A stretch of 64,000 nucleotides of DNA, taken from the NCBI GenBank assembly GCA_037447605.1, contig CM074804.1, positions 6,115,909 through 6,179,908 of the forward strand. Reading direction: 5' to 3'. This document shows, one piece after another, positions 54,837 to 64,000 of this stretch (position 1 is its first letter; each line of letters begins with the position of its first letter). Origin of the DNA: Zygnema circumcarinatum SAG 698-1b (Eukaryota > Plantae > Zygnematophyceae). The notes below the pieces were generated by a model. That model did no database searches. It worked only from the letters and a program-made list of their open reading frames with translations, and had not been told where the DNA came from. A program made the translations under genes and the position numbers.

Positions 54837-56545
54837 NNNNNNNNNNTCCCCGTTTGACAATGCCACATCCTCCCCGTTTGACAATGCCACATCCTCCCCC
54901 ATTTGACACGCCTGTGTACAGTACAACGACATAATGCCATGCATCCGAATTATCCGGCTATTAACTTGGAAAACCATCCTCGTCCTTTTTTCCATCGCGC
55001 CAACTAAAAGCTATCCCTTTTGTTGTTGGGCTACTTTAGTTGCATGATTTTGCAACTAATCGATTTTGCCCAACATCGGTGACCTTTGCGGCTGCGTTTA
55101 GGGCTGCGTTTTTGCGCTTAAGCTTAGTTTAGTTTAGTTTTTTGCTCCTTGTTTTTTATTTTGTGCTTAGTTCATTCGCGACCAGTTTCCTGTGGTTCCC
55201 CGTGTTCACTTCGTTCATGTTCATTTGATGGCTCGCCATATTGAGATCAATGCAAATCCCCTTTTCTTTTGTCGCACAATGTTGGAAGTCAGTAGTGACA
55301 TGGAGAACACGGGGGGGTGGAATGTCCAAAAAAAGGGGAGGGGAGGGCAAGGGAGCGGAGGGGATGGGAGTGAAGGGGAAGGGGAGTGGGCGGGAGGGGA
55401 GGGCCGGGGAGGAAAGGGCAGGGGAGGGGAGGGGAGGGGAGGGGACGGGATGAGCGGGAAAAAGAGTCCCTCCCGAAATATTCATAACAGGGGGCTGGAA
55501 TGTCCAAAAAAAGGGGTGAAATATCCAAAACAGGGGGTGAAATATCCAAAACAGGGGGTGGAATATCCAAAACAGGGGGTGGGATAACCAAAATGGGCAG
55601 GCAAATTTTTTAAAAAGGGGGGGTGCGAAAGCCAAAATAGGGGGGTGCGAAAGCCAAAATAGGGGGGTGCAGTAGCAGTTTCCTTGAACTTGTGCTACTG
55701 TACACTGTACGGAGTTTGAACTTGTCGTACGATTTAGCTTGAACTTGTGCCACTGTGCGGAGTTTGAACTTGTCGTACGATTCCCCTTGAAATGAACTTG
55801 TGGTACAGTACCGTACTAGTATACAGTAGGAACGGTCGACTTTACGAAAATGTGGAAGTCAGGCACTTTTTCAAATGTGAGCCGTGCAAGATCGACTGAA
55901 CGGAACGACGCGGGACTGAAGCAACGGGACCGAACGGGACGGAACGGGACTGAACGACACAGAACGGGACTGAACTGTACGGCTATGTAGTCAGCCGCAG
56001 AAATCTGAGCAAAAAATAACCAGAAAGTACCGCCAATCATGACGCATAAATTTCAAACACGAGGGGCCAACGTCACTCTTCGGTCAGCTCCAACATTTTT
56101 GCTGACTGAAAAAAATCCCAGATTCAAAAACTTTTTTCCTGCCCGGCGGACTCGCCTCCGGTGTCCGGTCCGGTCCGCTGCTGCTCGAGGTTCTCGGTGT
56201 AGTCCAGGACTGCAAATTGTTTCCGGCTTCTTCCCGGCCCGTGTCACGGCCACGGCAACGGCCACGGGGGCAACTGGCAGGTCCGCAATTCAAACTCGAA
56301 CTGGGGCGCCTCCAGTCCCAACGGCTCCCTCCCCTCCCCCGCGGTGCTTGCCCTCGCCTTCCCTGCTCCTCAACAGCCTGCTGCTGCTATACTGTGCTGT
56401 ACTTTGGAAATCTCTCTGCAGTCTCTTAGGATCTTGCAGCCCTGAACCTCTGCACTGTTGCTTTCAGCGCAGGCTGTTGCAGAAGTGGACGCCTGATTTG
56501 TGTTCTCTTGACAGTTTAGCTTGCTTTCTCATCGGGGTGGGCAAG

Positions 56546-59500
56546 ATGAGCAGGCAGCAGCTTGGGCGACTGCCACGAGGCTCTCGATGGACTGCATTAG
56601 ACGGAGATGTGAGTCACTGAAGACAGCTACTGGAGAATCTGATCGAGTATTCAGAAAAAGAAAACACAAAGATTTCCACGAGTTGTTTTTTCTGGTTTCT
56701 TCCACTCACAGTGGCACTCTGAAAAACGTATCTCGCTGCAATTTCACTAAGGCATTTTTTTTTCCCTTGGTTTGTGGCCACGTCCTTACAGAACAAGGAA
56801 AACTTCGTTTTTTCATCCGTTAACGGTGCAAAGAAGAGGCGGGTAAGAGAGCCTGAAACTGAACAAGTAATGGAGACTAACCGATTCCCCTTACGGAATG
56901 CTTTAATGAAAGCAAGTGATAACCGGATGGACAACAGTGCCTTTCCAGCTAATGGAAGTGGTAATCAGCCCAATCAAGCTTTACAATCGGACATGAAGGT
57001 GAGGGAGCGGTTTCTTACTACGCAATACAAGAAGCAAAATCTGTTCCGGAAGCTATCCTGCGCAGAATTGTCTAAGAGCGATGCGAATCAGTCCGTCGTG
57101 TTTATGCCTGTCACATGGTTTCAATTAGAAAACTTGCAAAAATACTTACGCATCCTTGCAACCTGCTACATACAATGTTTTCCTACAGAAATATACGATT
57201 GAAATGATGTTCCATTATCCAACAATTTCATGCTTGAAGCCACGCCTGCGAGCGTAAAGCTGAAGTGCAGTCATGTTCTTTGTGCAGCCACCAGATGTAT
57301 CAGCTGTGGAAGTACCGCTTTCAGAAGTCGACATTAACAACCTATTATCAGAGAAAATGGTGCTGAAGAATAAGAACGATTACAAGGTGCGTGCCTGAGC
57401 TTGCCTGCGTGTGCCTGAGATTCTTCATAGTCTTCAGATGGAATGCCTACTTACGTATTTGCATGATGAAGCTTGGTCTCTTTCTGTTCAATCCCCTTGT
57501 TGCTTCCCTGACAGAAAAAGTGCGAGCTGCAAACGGAATACATCAAGAAACTTCGGGACTGCATTCGAGGAATTCGACGCCGTGAATCAGAAGTCCTGGA
57601 AGAATTGAAATCAGAAAGACTTCAGAAAGCTGAACAAGAGGAAAGGCACAGAGAAGCGGGTAAAGGGTCGAAGTCCTTAATTGTTTTGAGTTTGCGTGAT
57701 ACGTCTGCAATTTTTTTTTTTTTTTTATTATTTCGAGTGAAGTGACGTGCTCTTCACAGTTTCAAGGAGCGATCTCCTCACGAGCTACCTCTCTTTTGAC
57801 ACCCTTGTCGTTTGTGGCTTTGCAGTATCTTCATTGGATATGCAACTTGCAAAGTCTGCTTCTTCTGTGACAGAGCTCCAGGGAACGGTTGAGGATCGTG
57901 AGAAGTCTCTGGAAGTTGCAAGTCTGAAGATCAATGTATGCGTCGCTTCTACATCCCGAACAGATTAGCTTGATAGAATTACTGTCGATCTGACCCTAGA
58001 GTCGTGATCGCCAAGGCTGCCTGTGAACAAGCATTTCTTGCGGCCAGATATCTTCGATTGGTTCGATGCGCTCCCCTTTTTTTTTTTTGTCTTACAGTAC
58101 TTGGAAGTTTGGTTGACTTGCAGGAGTTGGAAACTGCAAAAGAAGCAATCGAGGTGACTTTGCGTTTGGAGAAAGCGCAAACCGAAAAGTTATCCTCAGA
58201 ACTGTCGATAGCCCAAGGCACTCTGACCAGCTTGAATGACAAAGTAAGTTCATTGAGGGCTTTCCACTGTACGGAAAAGTTTCATACATTTCCATCATCC
58301 GGTGCCAGGGCACGCTACTTGAAGGTCCTAACGGCTAAAACTGAAGAGGAAGAAAAAACAATTCCAATTTGAAGAATTTACTCTCTCATGACAAATCCTG
58401 CAGCAATGGCCGATACAAAAGCTGCCATCTAGGCTGACCACACGTTTCTTTGATTCTGCAGGGTAGTATCTTTTGAGAAATGCTCCATTTGCAAATCTAA
58501 ATTCGCATGAATTTGGCTTCTGAGACAGGTGAAAGCATTGGAGACGAACAATCAAAGCGTGCAAGCATACAATAAGAGCTTGCAAGACTACAATGGAAAG
58601 CTCCAGGTGAGATTTTTTTTTCTTGTGCTGATTCCTGTGTGCACATTTCGAAACCTTGCTGCAACCATTTCATTGCTTCCCCGTTACATCCCCGGTACTT
58701 GCTGTTGCATGAATGCTGCAGGGAGAAGCAGCAACAGCACGAGACGATAGCACAAAGCTAACGCAAGAGAAGAGCGACTTGATGGAGGAGCTTGCAACAA
58801 TCCGGGGACGCGTGTCGTATCTCGATGCTCAGCTTCTTGCTGCAGAGGTCGGTGAGGCTTGAAGGCCTGACATTCAGAGATGATGTGTGCAGACAAGGAA
58901 ACCTAGAAGGGATTACAGGGGTCCGAATGAATTGCAATGCACGATGAACTCCGATCTTTTGGGGTCGTATAAACTTGTCATTGCAGCATGTGCATGTGTT
59001 GTGTATTACTTCCAGTTGTACTTTCGAATCATATTACACATCTCATTCATCTATGCAATGACCTGTGGCTATTGCAGAGAAAAGATCAGGCAGCCCAAGT
59101 GCAGCTTCAAGAACATTCTCTCTCAGTTGAAAGGTTGCAAAAGCAACTGTCAGAAGCCTTTTCTGAGATGAGCCGCTTAAACGAGATGAAAGACAAATTG
59201 GCTGAAGAGAATGCAAGTTACAAGGAAGTCACGGGGCGGACAGCCGAACAAGCGAAGGAGATGAAGTCAAAGGCGAACGCGCTAGAGGTGCATAATGCTC
59301 CAAACTGCAAAGCTAAATTGAAGTCTGATCTATGGTTACCATGCCCTGCACACGATCTTGCATCAGTCGAGTCACTGTCTTGTTTCAGTAGTGGTAGTGG
59401 CGTTGTTTCTCATGTCTACTGGCCATTCTTGTCAGACACGCATCTGAAACTTCCATTAAGATACTGCAGGAGAGTTTTGTCACCCAGGAGGAGCGTATGC

Positions 59501-62500
59501 TATCCTTACATCAAGATTTGGAAAAGGCTCGCCATCGCGTGGAGGTTAGTCCCTAGAGCCCAGCATGCTGCAAAAATTGACACATGTGCATGATCGCATT
59601 CTTAAAGATGTAATCATTTCTGCTGAAGAGATGCCCAGTAATGTACTGTGATGTAGATGCTTGAACGCTTCTCTGAAGCCAAGAACGGGGACATTGCCTC
59701 CTTGAGGACGCAAGTTGCTGCTCTGGAGACAAAGCTATTGCTTGCCGAGCAGCAAATACTGGAAGGCGAAGCGATCCGTCGGTCTCTGCATAACACGATC
59801 CAGGCGGGCCTCTTCATGCCAAATCCTTTCAATGATGTTCAGCCGTTGCATCTCGGAGTTGTATGTCTGAGCTTGAAACTTGGAACTCGTCCTCTTTCAT
59901 TTTTGCAGGAATTGAAGGGCAATATTCGAGTCTTCTGCCGGGTGCGCCCCTTGTCCGTGGAAGAGGAGGGCGCGGCTGAGGATGGCACGCCTGTCGTGCA
60001 GTACCCCACGGGGGCAGATGTGACCGGGCGGGCGATCGACCTTGTCCAGCCTCAAGGTCGCATTTTCTCTTGCTTGTTCCTATTACTGCTACTTCATTGT
60101 GCTCCAGAAGCACGAGTTCGTTTCAATTAATTGATCTCTAAGACGTAAGGTCGGCGTGCATATCAGTGCTTGACCTTTCACCGTCTCTTCCACGGTTAGC
60201 ATCGTTGCCATGGTTATGTGTATGTATGGCCAGTTTTTGCTGTTGGCGACGTTATTTTTCACACATTTTTAATCATCAACCCCACTGTATATTTACAAAC
60301 CCTGCGTCACACGACTGCTTCTATTGATAAATAAGTGAAGTACTTTCCATGGAAACTGACAGCTCGAAACTTTCGCCATCATTTGTGGGGAAACATCTCT
60401 CAGGCCCCAAGTATTCATTCACATACGACAAAGTTTTTGGACCACAGGCGTCTCAGAATATTGTCTTTCAGGAGATCGAGCAACTTGTGCAGAGCGCCCT
60501 TGATGGCTACCGGGTATGTAAAGTGTAACTCAGTCTTTCCATGGCATTGAGTCAGCTTCTGAGTTCGCTCCCCTAGCTTGGTGTAACCCTGCTAATTCAC
60601 AATCTCGTGGTTTCAGCCCGTGCTTTGAAGATCTGGCCTTTGACGCTTGTTACTTGTGTGCAGGTGTGCATTTTCGCCTATGGGCAGACGGGGTCTGGGA
60701 AGACTCACACGATGCTCGGGCAACCGGACGACGAGCAGCAGCGAGGAGTCATCCCTCGGAGCTTGGAGAAGATATTTGACTCGAAGCAAGTTGCGGAAGA
60801 GAAGGGCTGGCAATTCTCAATGCAGGTAAGGGGGTCCAGTTGTTGTTGTTTGCTGTTAGGCATGATCGGATGTGCACAGCATTTCAGCAAAAAATCAGAA
60901 GCATTTCAGCAGCCTTTGATTTGTTGCCTGGAGTGGCTTAGCTTAAAAGTTTTTCGAGCGCATTTACTAAGCAAAATGTAGTTTGTGCTGGAGCAGGCGT
61001 CCATGTTGGAAATATATAATGAGACTATCCGTGACCTGCTTGTCAACCCAGCTCGGGCAAGTTGTATTGGAGCCGCTCCAAGTGCAGATAATAAACTTTA
61101 CGCTGTGAAGCATGACGCTGGGGGCAATACACATGTATCAGATTTGACACTTGTGGATGTCAACAACAAGGATGAAGTCTCCATGTTGATCTCAAAGGCT
61201 GCAAAGGGAAGGTGGGAAGCTTGCGCGACTATTGAGTCATGTTGATGTTGACTAAGTTTCCATGGTAGAACCTTCAATGACTTATAGCCGTCGTATGTCT
61301 GTAGGTCCGTGAGGTGTGCACAGACGTTTACCAAGATTGAATTTTGGAGATAGGACTAGTTTTTTAGCGTTGCAGCTTGCGGATAAAGCTGTGTATGATT
61401 GGTTAGTGCAGCAAAACAAAATGCTAATCTTTTACACAAAACCTCACAGGTCTTTTGATGTATGCCTTTTCATACAGTCATTCAAAAGTACTGAAAGTGC
61501 AGAACGTTTTCTTGTGTAGATCTGTAGCCAAAACTGCTATGAATGATCGATCGTCGCGAAGCCATTGTGTGTTCACTCTCCGAATCATGGGTGTAAATAT
61601 GGTAAGATGACTCTCTTACCTTGATTAAGCCCACCCACCAGTTTTTGTCTCATTTGCATTGTGTAGCATTTCAAATAGAGGCTCCCTTAGGAAGTCTTTT
61701 ACTCTTTCCTTCATGCTGTCAATTTTTCGAAGCGCCAGGATGTATTGAGGCCTTTTGTTGTCGTTCTTGACACCACGTTTCTTTTTTCTTTATCAGCAAA
61801 CGTTTTTTAAACACATGGGCTCACGATGTAAATGCAGGCGACAGACCAAAGGGTGAATGGTGTTCTGAATCTAATTGACTTGTCCGGGAGTGAACGACTC
61901 TCTCGAAGTGGAGCGACTGGAGACCGATTGAAAGAAACACAGGTACGACAAAACTACCTTGATAACCCCGTCTCAGCAGTCAATGGGACGTTTGGCCAAT
62001 TGCTTTGTATGGATGTGTACTTCTGGCGCTTGAGCTGCTTCAGATAATGAAGAGCTATGGAATCAACCTGAGTTTCTAAAGCAGCTTCCACGAGCTCAAG
62101 GTCACCAGTCATGATCAATTCCACCATACATTGCTTCGTATTCATGAGTTCTGCATTCTTTTCATGTTGAAGTATCTAGGGATGTACGTTAACAGCCATC
62201 AAGCAGGGTTTTCTCCTTGATGCTTAGTTAGTTTGACTGTTCGAGCAGGTATCAGGGCTGCGTGAACAAAGGGATTGTATTTGGAAGTCACAGTAGGAGG
62301 CTAGCTCTTTCGCTGGTAAACTTGATCCTGGCTTACAAGCCTGGCTGAGATGGCGGCATTGCTGCGCAGGCTATAAACAAGAGTCTCAGCGCTCTGGGAG
62401 ATGTTATCTGTGCCATAGCCAACAAGGAATCCCATGTGCCATACCGTAACTCCAAGCTGACATACTTGCTTCAGGTGAGAGCACTCTTCACTCCTTGCCT

Positions 62501-62841
62501 TTGGTTCACTTCAGTTCATTACGTTATATAAGCACAAACTACCTGGACAGTGATAAGCGCAATGTACGAGCAGTGGTTTATAGGATACACGAAGTTTTCC
62601 CATGTCATATTGTTAGCCGATAAGGTCTTGGAGCTTAGAAGCTTGTTACTAAACTTTTTGTTTTATGTACATTCGGCAGCCATGTCTTGGAGGGGACGCC
62701 AAGACCTTAATGTTTGTCAACGTTGCACCGACCAAGCAGTCCCTCAACGAGTCGCTGTGCGCCCTCAGGTTCGCTGCCAAAGTGAACGCATGCGAGATTG
62801 GTGTTCCGCGGCGCCAGGCGGTGCATCCAATAGAAGCCTGA
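56546..62841 (+). CDS. KIN14: Kinesin-14 with C-terminal motor (ATK1/ATK5, KIN14C/D-like), minus-end-directed mitotic kinesin
   Basis: The tail has NKEN and KKRR followed by [10 protein letters not shown] and a long coiled coil. The neck is LHNTIQ|[14 protein letters not shown] and the P-loop is [14 protein letters not shown]. Further motifs are [48 protein letters not shown] and [13 protein letters not shown]. Confidence 0.95.
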
Positions 62842-63620
62842 ACAGACTCTGCCCAGACTCTGAGACTCCACGTCTGCCAGAATGGAGGCACGCCTGTGTC
62901 TTTGCAGCAATCCTCGTGTTGCCACTTTCTGCTTATTGTACATCATCAGCATCACCTTCAACTTTGTCTGTTGGACGTGGCATCTTGAGTAGTTGGGTTC
63001 TCGGTGAGCAAGACAGTTTCTCAGTAATGCTGTTTTTAAGGAAAGTCAGACGGTGGTGGTAAATGGCGACCAGCTCTGCTGCCTTGCCCGTTACAGTCAT
63101 GTGTGTTTATTTTTTATTTCTTTTGCACTTCAAGAACTGGTGGTTCTCTCCAGACTCTCGTAGATTCAATAGGGCAGACACAATCATGTGGCTCGTTGAA
63201 GGGTTTACTTTTGCAGAAGAAAGCACAAGCGCTGCTGCATTTGCGGTTGCTTTGTTGTTCCAGATATCATTGTATTCCGCTGCTCTGTGAGAGAATAAAA
63301 CAATTGAGAAATACGGTCGGGAAAATTTGGCGTGGAATGTTGTTTACCACCAGGCAAGGACGGTCTATAGCAGAACGGTCCTGCGTCAGAGTGGCATTGC
63401 TCTCCATCACGACACAAACCGGATTCAACCACTTTTATATTTGTTGTCGCGTGTGTCGGGATTCGTGCTTCCATCGCATGACGAGGGAAGACGGAGCCCT
63501 TGTTTCTCCCAGTCGGCTAGTGGGACTGTTCTAAGTTTCCACCATTTATTGCCAAGATTGATCTGCCATTTGCATGAAGGCTTGCAAACGTTGCGTTGCA
63601 TTAGTTCCTTTGCACGGCGC

Positions 63621-63818
63621 CTAACACTGAGACCATTCCAAGGCCTGCAAATTAGATTGCAGAGAGCGAGCGAAACCAAGGAGGCTGATTACAGAACAAC
63701 GTTCCGTCGTGCGCACGCTGCATCTTGAAGGGCACAGAGAGCGCCGTGGCAAGCAGTCAATCACGTTCTGGAACTCCCCACACACAACAGCTTCTCCCTG
63801 CGTAAAAAGGAAATTGTG
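63621..63818 (-). CDS. Possible last two exons of an unidentified gene entering from the right (63818-63765, 63644-63621)
   Basis: CAG|HNFLFTQGEAVVCGEFQN|GT...CAG|ALEWSQC* has phase-0 splice sites. No family recognised. Confidence 0.25.
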   Translation of the reverse strand, partial: HNFLFTQGEAVVCGEFQNVIDCLPRRSLCPSRCSVRTTERCSVISLLGFARSLQSNLQALEWSQC

Positions 63819-64000
63819 CTGCAGGCACGCAGCAACAATTGGGCAACAATTGGACTGGTGGTTACGAAAAGGCCCAAGTTAGCATTTGCAGAAGAAACTC
63901 ATTCCAGGTGTCGATTGCTCCGGGCAAGCACCAATGCAAGCAGTCTTGGGGCGGTTTTTTGCCTGCTACGACCACTTGTACTTTCCTACTCCTAAAGGTT

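Larger units (their letters stand above)
52325..56958. repeat. Near-identical direct duplication 52325-54836 / 54847-56958 separated by a 10-N gap; probable assembly overlap
   Basis: ORFs are identical at offsets 2522 (before the GGAGG array) and 2122 (after it). The first copy ends exactly at the N-run 54837-54846. Confidence 0.9.

Overview
Intron-rich eukaryotic nuclear DNA from the green-plant lineage. The gene set and structure suggest a streptophyte, possibly an alga, but the species cannot be determined from sequence alone. I reconstructed eight protein-coding genes from splice signals and conserved motifs: a WUN1/SnoaL-like protein (+), ferredoxin-dependent glutamate synthase (Fd-GOGAT, -), plastid ribose-5-phosphate isomerase A (RPI, +), two head-to-head paralogous GDP-fucose O-fucosyltransferase-family glycosyltransferases (- and +), a TEX261/Svp26 ER-Golgi adaptor (-), a MUT9-like/PPK casein kinase 1 (-) and a C-terminal-motor kinesin-14 (+). 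There are also two small TIR elements, several micro- and minisatellites, and a near-identical duplication across an N-gap that is probably an assembly overlap. The strongest observation is that the first two coding exons of Fd-GOGAT, with their introns, are an inverted ~1.2 kb copy of the first two exons of the adjacent divergent RPI gene. The copy includes the RPI-specific TQDELKxIAA helix and is needed to keep GOGAT in frame. Fd-GOGAT therefore appears to have captured its plastid transit peptide from its head-to-head neighbour. Exon coordinates were read by hand and most of the ORF-track entries are spurious.
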